Origin: Thermoplasmata archaeon
Lineage (GTDB): Archaea; Thermoplasmatota; Thermoplasmata; Lutacidiplasmatales; UBA184
Assembly: GCA_030037395.1 (NCBI GenBank)
Contig: JASHRJ010000036.1
Location: 25,690 to 89,689 of the forward strand
Length of the DNA stretch: 64,000 nt
Reading direction: 5' to 3'
Shown: piece by piece, positions 1-8,912 of the stretch
Layout: each line of letters begins with the position of its first letter
How positions within the stretch are numbered: the first letter of the stretch is position 1
Made by a program: the position numbers and the translations under genes
Notes under the pieces: generated by a model
Databases searched by the model: none
Seen by the model: only the letters and a program-made list of their open reading frames with translations
What the model was told of the DNA's origin: nothing

Positions 1-758
1 AGGAGGTCGGGTCGGTCCTGCAGCGCGGTCGGCGCGCCGCTGCGCACCGACGCCCGGACGACCAGGGGCTCGCGCGCGGGCCGCGGGACCGCCTCTCGGG
101 CGGCGAGGACGACCGCCGCCGCGCCGTCCGAGAACGGGCAGCAGTCGTACAAGCGCAGCGGCGCCGCGACCGTAGGACTCGCCAGGTACGTCGCCATCGA
201 GATCTCCCGCTGGAAGTGGGCGTGCGGGTTGCGGGCGGCATTGGCATGGTTCTTCACCGCGATCGACCCGAACATCTCGGGGGTGGTCCGGTACGCCGCA
301 CGATAGGCGTCCGCGAGCGTCGCGTACAGCCCGGGAAAGGTCGCCCCGTTCCGGGCCTCGAACGCGGAGTCGGCGGCGAAGGCGAAGTAGCCGGTCGCGG
401 TCAGCGTGTCGAGGTGGCTGAGCCGCTCCGCGCCGACGACCAGGGCGACGTCGGCGAAACCGCCGGCAACGTGGACGTAGGCCTCGTGGAGCGCGGCGCT
501 CGAAGACGAGCAGGCCGACTCGACGCTGACCGACGGGACCTCGGGGATCCCGAGGCCCTGGTTCACGAGCGGCCCGAGGTGCCCCTGCCGTTCGGTCAGT
601 CCGAAACAGTTCGCCACGAACGTGTGGCCCACCGCCCGGGGCTCGACGCCGGCGTCGTCGAGCGCCGCCAGCCCGACCCGGGTCGCCGCCTCGCGGGCGC
701 TCTCGGCGAGCTTTCCGTACCGCGTGGACGCGGCGCCGATCACCCACGCCTCGCGCAT
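1..758 (-). CDS. Thiolase-family acetyl-CoA C-acyltransferase (3' end runs off window)
   Basis: Manual translation from ATG 758 (not in ORF track): MREAWVIGAASTRYGKL...SVESACSSSAALHEAY...AVKNHANAARNPHAHF...PLRLYDCCPFSDGAAAVVL, typical of archaeal/SCP2-type thiolases. Confidence 0.9.
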   Translation of the reverse strand, partial: MREAWVIGAASTRYGKLAESAREAATRVGLAALDDAGVEPRAVGHTFVANCFGLTERQGHLGPLVNQGLGIPEVPSVSVESACSSSSAALHEAYVHVAGGFADVALVVGAERLSHLDTLTATGYFAFAADSAFEARNGATFPGLYATLADAYRAAYRTTPEMFGSIAVKNHANAARNPHAHFQREISMATYLASPTVAAPLRLYDCCPFSDGAAAVVLAAREAVPRPAREPLVVRASVRSGAPTALQDRPDL

Positions 759-793
759 CGGCGTCGGCGGTAGGCGCCCGCTCGCGATTAACC

Positions 794-1117
794 TCACCGG
801 GCGGCTGCGTCACCGGAGAGCGAGGGGAGCGCGAGAAGGCTGCTCAGGCGAGCGAACGCGCGCCGCGCCGCCGCCTCGTCGCGGGTCTTGAACAGCAGCC
901 GCCCGCTCCGGCTCACCGTCGCCTCCACCTCGAGCGTAACGATCAGCAGGACCCGGGCGTCGACGACCGGCACGCCCGCGCGCTCGAGCGTCGCCCGCGC
1001 CCGCGGGAGGTCGAGCGGCGGCCGTCCGACCGGGATCGCCTCGAAGCCCCCGCCGCCCGAGCACAGCTCTAGGCGGCGATACCCACCGGAGACCGAACGC
1101 GGGTCCGCGCCGCTCAT
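794..1117 (-). CDS. Small hypothetical protein (107 aa) resembling the C-terminal domain of some ThiF/MoeB proteins
   Basis: C-terminal part of ORF 794..2557 from ATG 1117: LELCSGGGGFEAIP..LDL..LLIVTLEVEATVSRSGRLLFKTRDEAAARR. Confidence 0.6.
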   Translation of the reverse strand: MSGADPRSVSGGYRRLELCSGGGGFEAIPVGRPPLDLPRARATLERAGVPVVDARVLLIVTLEVEATVSRSGRLLFKTRDEAAARRAFARLSSLLALPSLSGDAAAR

Positions 1118-1200
1118 GCGCCACCCCCGGGGGGGAGCGCCGGGCCCGCCCTTAGCCGCTCGCGTGGCCCGCGGAACGCGCGACCGAGGACCGGCAAGCG

Positions 1201-2115
1201 CTACGGGGCGCCGGGGGGCGGCGCGAACGGAGGGCTCGCCCCCGGCATCGACAGGCCCCCGGCCGACGCGAGCCGGCCCTGCGCCTGGGTCACGCCGAAG
1301 TAGATGAGGAAAATGCCGGCGATGTCCAGGAACGGGATGATCAGCAGGACCGCGCCCACCTTGAGCAGCGAGTCGTCGTACCGCGTCCCGAGCCGCCAGA
1401 TCCCGACGAGGAGCAGGATCCCGCCGATGAGGGCGAGGATCGCGCCGAGGACCAGGACCCCGAGGCTCGCCAGCAGCGCGCCGGCGGCGCCGGTCGCCGC
1501 GTTGTAGCAGTTCGTGGTGTTCAGGTTGGAGCACTGGCCGATGATGTTCGCTACGGTCGCGAACAGCACTCCCTCGCCGAGGACGATCAGGATGAAGCCG
1601 ATGACGAGGAGGATCGAGAGGCTGGCGGGGGAGCGGAACCGGTAGTCGACGGGGACCAGGGTCTGGAACGCCGAGCGGAACTTGAGCACGAACAGGATGC
1701 CGATGATCGTCCCGACCACTTCCAGCGCGAAGAGGCCCCCGAGGAGCGCGACCGCGGCGGACGGGATCGAACACGTCTCGGTCACGGAGTTGCAGCTGAT
1801 GCCGAGGCTCAGCCCGCCGTAGGCGAACGAGAGGTACGTGCCGACGACCGAGAGCAGGATCCCGACGATCCCGAAGATCGCCCCGGTCCTCGCGTGCTCG
1901 AGCGCGTGGGCGTCCGCCGCCGAGCTCTGGGCGGTGGGCATCGGGTTCACGAGGCCCGACCCGGTCGGGAGCCCTAGGGCGGGAGGCCAAGCTCCCGGGG
2001 TGGGACCGGCGGGCGCCCCGGCCGGCACGACGGCCAGCGGAGCGCCGCACCCTTGACAAAATCGGGACCCAGGGCCGTTGCTTCGTCCGCAGGACGAACA
2101 GTAGACCGCCGCCAC
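1201..2115 (-). CDS. Zinc-ribbon membrane protein, DUF973-like
   Basis: N-terminal CSSC..CQGC ribbon, Pro-rich linker, about 5 TM helices, IWRLGTRYDDSLLKVGAVLLIIPFL segment. Confidence 0.75.
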   Translation of the reverse strand: MAAVYCSSCGRSNGPGSRFCQGCGAPLAVVPAGAPAGPTPGAWPPALGLPTGSGLVNPMPTAQSSAADAHALEHARTGAIFGIVGILLSVVGTYLSFAYGGLSLGISCNSVTETCSIPSAAVALLGGLFALEVVGTIIGILFVLKFRSAFQTLVPVDYRFRSPASLSILLVIGFILIVLGEGVLFATVANIIGQCSNLNTTNCYNAATGAAGALLASLGVLVLGAILALIGGILLLVGIWRLGTRYDDSLLKVGAVLLIIPFLDIAGIFLIYFGVTQAQGRLASAGGLSMPGASPPFAPPPGAP

Positions 2116-2193
2116 GGCCGGGAGTGGATCCCTCCGATATTTGAAGCGCTCTCGGGAGAGGACCGGGACCCAAGGACGGTGCCGACGCCAGAG

Positions 2194-2820
2194 CTAAAGG
2201 ACCTGAGCCCGCCGGACGCAGTCGTCGATCATCTGCTCGACGTCCAGCCGATCCTCCTGCCGCAGGATCTGGACGAGGTCGGACCGGGTCGCCGGCCGAT
2301 CCGGCACCGCCTGGCAGCAGACCCCCGGACGGGTGGAGATGCTGTAGGTACCGATCTCCTTCGCGACCGTCTCGATCTCCGCCTTGTCGAAGCCGATGAG
2401 CGGGCGGACGATCGGCAGCTGGACCGAGGCCGTCGCCGAGCGCATGTTCGACAGCGTCTGGGACGCGACCTGGCCGAGCGCCTCTCCGGTCGCGAGGAAC
2501 GTCGCCCGTTCGCGCTCGGCGATGCGCTCGGCCCCCCGCCACATGAAGCGGCGGCACATCACGCAGCCGACGTGGCGGTCGGTCGTGCGCATCAACGTCA
2601 CCTGGGTCGGTCCGTGCGGGAGAAGGTACAGCGGGATGGGTTGGTGGTAGCGCTCGCGGAGCAGCCCGAGGTGGTCGACGATCTTCTCGAGCGGAGAGTC
2701 GTCGGTGAACGGACGGTTGTCGAGGTGGACCCCGACCATCTCGTGGCCCTGCCGGAGAAGGTAGTGCAACGCAACCGGGGAGTCGATCCCGCCGCTCATC
2801 AGCATCACCCCGCGGGCCAT
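2194..2820 (-). CDS. thiI: ThiI-like PP-loop sulfurtransferase, catalytic domain only (no THUMP)
   Basis: From ATG 2820: LMSGGIDSPVA PP-loop, CVMCRR, TGEALGQVASQTL, RPLIGFDK, IGTYSIS, CC. Confidence 0.8.
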   Translation of the reverse strand: MARGVMLMSGGIDSPVALHYLLRQGHEMVGVHLDNRPFTDDSPLEKIVDHLGLLRERYHQPIPLYLLPHGPTQVTLMRTTDRHVGCVMCRRFMWRGAERIAERERATFLATGEALGQVASQTLSNMRSATASVQLPIVRPLIGFDKAEIETVAKEIGTYSISTRPGVCCQAVPDRPATRSDLVQILRQEDRLDVEQMIDDCVRRAQVL

Positions 2821-2914
2821 CGAGCTCTCGACCTGCCGCCCGCTATATAGGGGTGCCGGCGGCCCGGAGCGCCCGGCGCGAGAGCTCTTGTGGGGCGGCC
2901 CCTCCGCGGGCGCG

Positions 2915-3733
2915 ATGGAGGAACCTGGCCGGGGGGCGATCGAGCTGTTCGTGCGGGAAGCGGGGCAGGGGGCCCCGATCGTCCTCCTGCACGGGGTCGG
3001 GGCGAACCACGCGATCTGGAACGGCGTGATCCCCCACCTGGCGACCGAGTTCCACGTCCTCGCCCCGGACCTTCCGGGCCACGGACGCTCGCCCGCGCCG
3101 GAGCCGCCCCTGTACGGGTTTGGCGAGATGACCGCCGACCTGCTGCACCTCCTGGACGGGCGCGGGGTCCGGGCCGCGCACTGGGTCGGCCTCAGCGCGG
3201 GGGCGCTGCTCGCCCTACGCCTGTGCCTGGACGCACCGGCCCGGGCGCGGAGCCTGACGACGATCGGCGGCTCGGTGTACACGGACGGCCACAGCCGGGC
3301 GGTGGCGGAGCGGTGGGCGGAGACGTACGCTCGCGAAGGGCCGGACGCGTTCGCGGTCCGCCTGCTCAAGGACCTGTACTATCCGGACTGGATCGAGGCG
3401 CACATGGAGTTCGCGGACCGGCTGCGGGAGGAGGTACCCCGGGTGGACTACGGCCCGGCCCGGGCCTGGGCCCGGGCGGTCGCTGGGTTCGACGAACGGA
3501 GCCGGGTCGCCTCCCTCGTGCCGCCGGCCCTCATCGTCCAAGGGATGGACGATCAGGTGGTCGACGCCTCGCACGGGAGGATCCTGCGCCAGTCGATCCC
3601 GGGCTCCCAGATCCGCATCTTCGCCTCCACCGGCCACATGGTCCCGGTTGAGCGGCCCGGGGAGACGGCGGAGGCGATCGCCGCGTTCGTCCGCGCCGTG
3701 GAGGCGGGCGCGGCGGCGGGCGGCCGTCCGTGA
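2915..3733 (+). CDS. Alpha/beta hydrolase fold protein
   Basis: LLHGVG, DLPGHGRS, GLSAG nucleophile elbow, GMDD acid, GHM catalytic His. Confidence 0.9.
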   Translation: MEEPGRGAIELFVREAGQGAPIVLLHGVGANHAIWNGVIPHLATEFHVLAPDLPGHGRSPAPEPPLYGFGEMTADLLHLLDGRGVRAAHWVGLSAGALLALRLCLDAPARARSLTTIGGSVYTDGHSRAVAERWAETYAREGPDAFAVRLLKDLYYPDWIEAHMEFADRLREEVPRVDYGPARAWARAVAGFDERSRVASLVPPALIVQGMDDQVVDASHGRILRQSIPGSQIRIFASTGHMVPVERPGETAEAIAAFVRAVEAGAAAGGRP

Positions 3734-3778
3734 TCGGCCCCACCTAGGGTTATCTCCGCCGGTGGGAATCGAGAAGCG

Positions 3779-3952
3779 ATGGCCGAGGCTCCCGCGCCGG
3801 ACCTTGCCGCCCGCCTCGAAGAGCTCGAACGGGAGGTCCGGGTCCTCCGCGCCCGCGTGGCCGCCCTCGAGCGGCTCGTGGGGAACGCCGGGGAGCACTC
3901 CACCGACCGCACGGTCGTCCGCGAGAAGGCGGTCTACGACTGGCAAGGATGA
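3779..3952 (+). CDS. Small coiled-coil hypothetical protein (57 aa)
   Basis: MAEAPAPDLAARLEELEREVRVLRARVAALERLVG...AVYDWQG; stop overlaps the NUDIX start (ATGA); below the ORF-track size cutoff. Confidence 0.65.
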   Translation: MAEAPAPDLAARLEELEREVRVLRARVAALERLVGNAGEHSTDRTVVREKAVYDWQG

Positions 3953-4581
3953 GCTCGGGCGCTTCGCCCCCACCGCGGGGCTCCGGTTCCGCGGCGGAGC
4001 TGGTGCGCCGCTTCCCTTCGCTTCGTCCCCCGGTGTCGACCGCGGGGGCGGCCGTCACGATCGTGCTCCGGGACGGTAGATCGGACGTCGAAGCGCTCCT
4101 GATCGAGAGGACGGTGAGCCCCTCGGACCCGGCGTCCGGCCAGGTGGCGCTGCCGGGGGGACGCGTGGACGAGCGGGACGGCTCGCTCGCGGCGACGGCC
4201 GTGCGCGAGCTCCGGGAGGAGGTCGGACTGTCCGCCGAGGACCTGGACGGTCCCCCGCGCTTTGTCCGCTGCACCCCGGCGTCCAGGTTCGGGCTCACCG
4301 TCGGGGTCTTTGCCGCAGAGCTCGCCGCCGCGGCGCGACCGCCGGCCGCGGAGAGCCCGGAGGAGGTCGCGCACGTCTTCTGGCTCCCGCGCGGCGCGCT
4401 CCTCGCCGGTCGGGCGGTTGAGCGGAGCGACCTGGGCCAGCCGCGGACGGTGCTCGCGACCGTTCACGAAGGACACATCGTCTGGGGGTTCACCCGGCGG
4501 GTCCTGCGCGACTTCTTCGACCTGCCGGTCGAGGACCCCGCGGCGGGACAGGTTCTGCCTCCGCGGCCGCCGTCCTCGTAG
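3949..4581 (+). CDS. NUDIX hydrolase, CoA pyrophosphatase-like
   Basis: SGQVALPGGRVD..TAVRELREEVGL Nudix box; IVWGFT. Confidence 0.9.
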   Translation: MSSGASPPPRGSGSAAELVRRFPSLRPPVSTAGAAVTIVLRDGRSDVEALLIERTVSPSDPASGQVALPGGRVDERDGSLAATAVRELREEVGLSAEDLDGPPRFVRCTPASRFGLTVGVFAAELAAAARPPAAESPEEVAHVFWLPRGALLAGRAVERSDLGQPRTVLATVHEGHIVWGFTRRVLRDFFDLPVEDPAAGQVLPPRPPSS

Positions 4582-4636
4582 CCCGGCGCCGTCCCCGCGG
4601 CCACCCTGGGCGGGGCGCTCCGGTCCCGGTCCCCGG

Positions 4637-6055
4637 TCACGCGCCGGCTCCCCCGGGGATGGCCACCGGGATGGGCACCGCGGCCTGCAGCAAGATGGCG
4701 TAGCTCGCGACGGTACCGCCGGAGAGCCCGACCGCGGCGGCGACGAGCGGAGAGCCGCCGAACGCCTCCGCGGCCGCCTCCACCGCTACCGCCACGACCA
4801 GCAGAACCGCCTGCGCGAGCCCGAACGCCCGAAGCGAGCCGGTGCGGTCGGACCCTCCCCGCCGTTCGAACCTCCATGGACCCCCCCACGCGAGCGTCCA
4901 TCCGGCGGTCGCGAGCCCACCGAGCGCGACCGCGGCGACGGCGCCCGCCGCCGCGGTCGTGGGGACCGCCTGCGCGACGACGTAGACGCTAAGCCCGGTG
5001 ATCGCCGCCGAGATGGCGACGATCGTCAGCGAAGGGAGCCGCTCGAAGGGGATACGAACGGGGGCGGAGGTCCGGGCCGACCCCCCGTGCCGACCGAGGA
5101 ACGTCCGTACCCCCGCGAGGGCCGGAACGTAGAACACCGCGACGATCCATACCGGCCAGATCGGGTAGTTGACGAGCAGCTGGATCCCGCCGGTCCGGGG
5201 GCACCACGGGCCGCGGTTGGCCAGCACCGCCGGGCAAACGACCGCCGAGCCGCCCCAGAGGAGGAACGGCAACACGAACGCCGCGCTCACGCCGGCCGAC
5301 ACGGCGAGGCCGCGCCAGTCTCGGCGCACCAGGTAGTAGAGGAACACGAAGGCGTTCGCGAACTGCTTGCAGCCGAGCGAGAGCCACTCGGCCCACTTCT
5401 GCCGGCGTCCCCCGACCCCGACGAACCCTACGGTGAGGAGCAGCAGCACCACCGGGTCGTTGTAGCCGCTCGCCCCGAGGAGCATGGCGTACGGCTGGGC
5501 GAGGAGCACGGCCATGTCGTGCCGCCGGCGCACCACGAGGACGGTGAGCGCCCAGCAGGCGAGGGCGAAGAACTTGTACGGTACCCCCGGCACCTGAAGG
5601 AACATCAGCAGCGGCAGGTAGACGTACAGCGACGTCGAGACGACGTGGCGGCCGTACACCGTGTAGGCGACGGTCATCGGCACGGTGTAGGGGTCGTGGC
5701 CGGCCAGCAGAAAGCCGGCGAACCGTGGGGTCGTGAACCCCTCGTCGGTCAGACCGTTCCCCCAGCCGGTAAGGATCGAGAGAACGCCGAACGCGAGCCC
5801 GGCGGCGAGAAGGAACCCGACGAATCCGGCGTCCCGAGGGATGGCGAGCCGGCGGAGCATCACCGGGAGCGCGAGGGCATACGCGCCGAGGCCGACGATA
5901 GCGAACGGGGTCGTCTCTGCCGGATACAGCCACAGGACGGTGATCATCGCCAGCGCCGGGGCCGCGCCCGCGATCCAGCCGACGAGATAGGCCGGGACCG
6001 GCGTCGGGCGGGCGACGCCCGCGGCCGTTCGGGCCGCTACGGTGGGGTCCGACAA
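4637..6055 (-). CDS. Multi-pass membrane protein, GT-C (GT87-like) glycosyltransferase with a C-terminal GtrA-like 4-TM region
   Basis: TDE..LLAGHDPY, YVYLPLL, GYNDP, KQFA motifs; extra hydrophobic C-terminal block. Confidence 0.55.
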   Translation of the reverse strand: MSDPTVAARTAAGVARPTPVPAYLVGWIAGAAPALAMITVLWLYPAETTPFAIVGLGAYALALPVMLRRLAIPRDAGFVGFLLAAGLAFGVLSILTGWGNGLTDEGFTTPRFAGFLLAGHDPYTVPMTVAYTVYGRHVVSTSLYVYLPLLMFLQVPGVPYKFFALACWALTVLVVRRRHDMAVLLAQPYAMLLGASGYNDPVVLLLLTVGFVGVGGRRQKWAEWLSLGCKQFANAFVFLYYLVRRDWRGLAVSAGVSAAFVLPFLLWGGSAVVCPAVLANRGPWCPRTGGIQLLVNYPIWPVWIVAVFYVPALAGVRTFLGRHGGSARTSAPVRIPFERLPSLTIVAISAAITGLSVYVVAQAVPTTAAAGAVAAVALGGLATAGWTLAWGGPWRFERRGGSDRTGSLRAFGLAQAVLLVVAVAVEAAAEAFGGSPLVAAAVGLSGGTVASYAILLQAAVPIPVAIPGGAGA

Positions 6056-6135
6056 CGCTCCGCGGACCCGACCGCTGCCGCGTTAAGAAGAGACCCACGA
6101 CCGGCCCGACCCCGGCGAGGGCCGCGGACGGCCGC

Positions 6136-7713
6136 TCAGTCGGCGCTCGGGACCGGGGCGGGCGGGGCGCTCGGCCCGCGGGACCCGGCGCCCCGCAGCA
6201 GCTGCGGCTGATGCGCGAACCGGGCGTGCCGCCGGGGGCCGATCACCTCCTGGCCGAAGACCACCGCGAGGCCGCCGACGATCGTGACGGCGCTCGCGAT
6301 CCAGAAGGCGTACTCGAACCCGGCGTGGGAGGGGACCCGCAGCCCTGCCAGCGGGCCGGAGCCTACGGTCGTCAGGTAGGTGGCCAGGAGCGAACCGGCG
6401 ATCGGCGCCCCGATGCTCCCGCCCACGTTGCGGAACACGTTGTTCATCGCGGTCGCTTGGCCCATGTCCTTCGGGTCCACGGTGAGGATCAGCAGGTTGA
6501 TGATCGAGGCGTTGAGGAGCGCGATCCCTGCGCCGATGACGACCTCGCTGAGGAGCGCGGCGTCCAGCGAGCGGGCGATGGAGACGAGGAAGAAGCCGAC
6601 CGCCGTGATGCCGGAGCCGGCGATGGCGAGCGGTTTCACCCCGGTACGGTGGACCCAGAGGCTTGCGAGCAGCGCGATCGCGGTCATCGAGAGGGCAAGG
6701 GGGATGATCTGGAGTCCCGCCGCGAGGATGTTGAGCGAGGGAAACGCGCTGTTGTAGCCGCCGGACGCGGGCCCGTACTCGAACTGGTAGATCAGCGTGA
6801 ACAGGGCCAGGTACATGCCGAGGCCCGCGACGGTGAGCACGATGTTCGTGACCGCCACGTTCCGCTCCTTCAGCAGCTTGCCGTCCACGATCGGCTCCCG
6901 GCCCTGGCGCTTCCACCAGGCCTCGTAGAGCGCGAACGGTACGAACAGGAGCCCGCCCGCCACCGCGAAGCCGAGCGTCAGCGGGGAGGTCCAGCCCCAG
7001 GTCTCGCCCTGGGAGAGGGCGATGACGATCCCCGCCAGACCGCCGCCCAGGAGCGACGCGCCGAGGTAGTCGACCTTCACGGTCGGCCGACGGTACTCCG
7101 ACTCTCGAACCAGCAGAACGACCAGGATCGTCAGCAGCACGACGAACGGGATCGACGTGTGGTAGGTCGCCCTCCACCCGTAGTCCTGCGACACCCACGA
7201 GCCGAGCGGGAGGCTCACCGCGAACCCGACCCCGAACATCGCGCTGAGGAGGCCCTGGGCTCGCGGAACGAGCTCCCGGGGGAACTCCTCCCGGACGAGC
7301 GACATGCCGAGCGGCATGATCGTGAGGCCGATCCCCTGGACGGTACGCGCAGCCACCATGAACGAGAACGTCGGCGAGAACCCGGTCACGGAGACCGCGG
7401 CCGCGTAGCAGAGCATGACCGCGATGAGGACCTTGCGTTTGCCGTGAATGTCCCCCAGCTTCCCGACGACCGGCGAGAGGGCTACGCCGGAGACGGCGTA
7501 GACCGAGATGATCAGGCTCGCCTGGGCAGAGGTGATGCCGAACTGCGCTTGGATCGTGGGAAGCGAGGGGGTAAGCATCCCCTCGATGTAGAGCACGACG
7601 GAAACGATTCCCATCAGCACGAGCATGACGCGGTTCGCGTACCGGCGGTCGAACGTCGCCAGCGTCTTCGCCCGCGGGTCGGCCGTGGGCAGCGCCGTCC
7701 CGTCTACGGGCAC
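6136..7713 (-). CDS. MFS drug:H+ antiporter (14-TM, EmrB/QacA-like)
   Basis: GKLGDIHGKRK motif A, ARTVQGIG, many TM segments; probable GTG start at 7713 overlapping the MarR stop. Confidence 0.9.
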   Translation of the reverse strand: MPVDGTALPTADPRAKTLATFDRRYANRVMLVLMGIVSVVLYIEGMLTPSLPTIQAQFGITSAQASLIISVYAVSGVALSPVVGKLGDIHGKRKVLIAVMLCYAAAVSVTGFSPTFSFMVAARTVQGIGLTIMPLGMSLVREEFPRELVPRAQGLLSAMFGVGFAVSLPLGSWVSQDYGWRATYHTSIPFVVLLTILVVLLVRESEYRRPTVKVDYLGASLLGGGLAGIVIALSQGETWGWTSPLTLGFAVAGGLLFVPFALYEAWWKRQGREPIVDGKLLKERNVAVTNIVLTVAGLGMYLALFTLIYQFEYGPASGGYNSAFPSLNILAAGLQIIPLALSMTAIALLASLWVHRTGVKPLAIAGSGITAVGFFLVSIARSLDAALLSEVVIGAGIALLNASIINLLILTVDPKDMGQATAMNNVFRNVGGSIGAPIAGSLLATYLTTVGSGPLAGLRVPSHAGFEYAFWIASAVTIVGGLAVVFGQEVIGPRRHARFAHQPQLLRGAGSRGPSAPPAPVPSAD

Positions 7714-8177
7714 GCTTCGAGCTCCATCCGGTCGGCAATGTCGGCGAGGGTTCGCGCGGCCGCGGCGAGGGAGGCCGCGCTCTTCCCGGCGCAATAGGCG
7801 CGCCATCGCAGGCGATACCTCCGCGCGAGCCGTTCGGTCAGCCGGCGGCCGGCAGGGGTCAGCGCCACCACCACCTGCCGACGGTCGCTCGTGCCACGAA
7901 GACGGCGGACGTAGCCTTCCGACTCCAGCGCGTCCAGCAGGCCCGTGAGCGCCGAGGGGGAGGCCCCCACCATCTCGGCCCAGCGGACCGCGGGCGCAGG
8001 GCCTCGCTCGCGGAGGCCCCGGAGCAGCACCAGCTGGGCGAGCGAGAGATCGAGGCTCCGGGCCTCCTCCCGCCCGCTGCGGATCCACCCTCGGGCGATG
8101 CGCGACGTCGCGGCGAGGAGCCGTTCCTCGGGAGGGACCGGGCGCGGGGGCGAGGGCCGGGGCGCCGAGGGCTCCAT
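7704..8177 (-). CDS. MarR-family transcriptional regulator
   Basis: LSLAQLVLL, SALTGLLDALESEGYVRR, DRRQVVVALTPAG. Confidence 0.9.
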   Translation of the reverse strand: MEPSAPRPSPPRPVPPEERLLAATSRIARGWIRSGREEARSLDLSLAQLVLLRGLRERGPAPAVRWAEMVGASPSALTGLLDALESEGYVRRLRGTSDRRQVVVALTPAGRRLTERLARRYRLRWRAYCAGKSAASLAAAARTLADIADRMELEACP

Positions 8178-8196
8178 GTTAGTTCGACTCCAGCAT

Positions 8197-8217
8197 ATTT
8201 CGGATACCATATGAAAT
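8197..8217. promoter_or_regulatory. AT-rich inverted repeat upstream of marR, candidate autoregulatory operator
   Basis: ATTTC-N11-GAAAT in an AT-rich patch 20-40 nt upstream of the marR ATG. Confidence 0.35.
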
Positions 8218-8302
8218 TGGCGCCGGCCGGGCGAAGGCGCCCGCAGCGGCCGGCGAGGGGAGGGGGGACGACGCGACCGGCGGCCGGGTACAGTTCGGCA
8301 TC

Positions 8303-8324
8303 TTTTAAATACCTCCTTAAATAC
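8303..8324 (+). promoter_or_regulatory. Tandem TATA boxes upstream of tbp
   Basis: TTAAATAC at 8305-8312 and 8317-8324; the second ends about 23 nt upstream of the GTG start. Confidence 0.65.
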
Positions 8325-8346
8325 TCCCGCCGCGGGGGAGTCTTAG

Positions 8347-8892
8347 GTGAAGATCCGGATCGAGAACGTCGTGGCGTCGACCTCGCTCGGGGACGAGCTC
8401 GACCTGCAGTCGATCGCCCTCGGGCTCGACGGGGCGGAGTACGAACCGGAACAGTTCCCCGGCCTCATCTATCGGCTGAAGCAGCCCAAGACCGCGATCC
8501 TCCTCTTCCGCTCCGGCAAGGTCGTCTGCACGGGCGCGAAGAGCATGCACGAGGTGGAGGAGTCGATCCACTCGGTCGCGCAGCAGATCAAGAAGGGCGG
8601 CCAGAAGATCAACATGCACCCGAAGATCGAGGTGCAGAACATCGTCGCCAGTTCCGATCTTGAGAGCGAGATCAACCTCAACGCCATCGCGGTCACCTTG
8701 GGGCTGGACCGGGTCGAGTACGAGCCCGAGCAATTCCCGGGCCTGGTCTGCCGCATCGACGAGCCTCGGGTCGTGGTCCTCTTGTTCGGGAGCGGCAAGC
8801 TCGTGTGCACCGGAGCCCGGAAGCCGTCCGACGTTGAGGTCGCGGTCAAGAAGATCACGAAAGAGCTGCAGGGAGCCGGGCTCCTGCGGTAG
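8347..8892 (+). CDS. tbp: TATA-box binding protein
   Basis: Two repeats of NVVAS..YEPEQFPGL..LLFxSGKxVCTGA. Confidence 0.98.
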   Translation: MKIRIENVVASTSLGDELDLQSIALGLDGAEYEPEQFPGLIYRLKQPKTAILLFRSGKVVCTGAKSMHEVEESIHSVAQQIKKGGQKINMHPKIEVQNIVASSDLESEINLNAIAVTLGLDRVEYEPEQFPGLVCRIDEPRVVVLLFGSGKLVCTGARKPSDVEVAVKKITKELQGAGLLR

Positions 8893-8912
8893 GTCGTCCG
8901 CGGCCCGCGACC

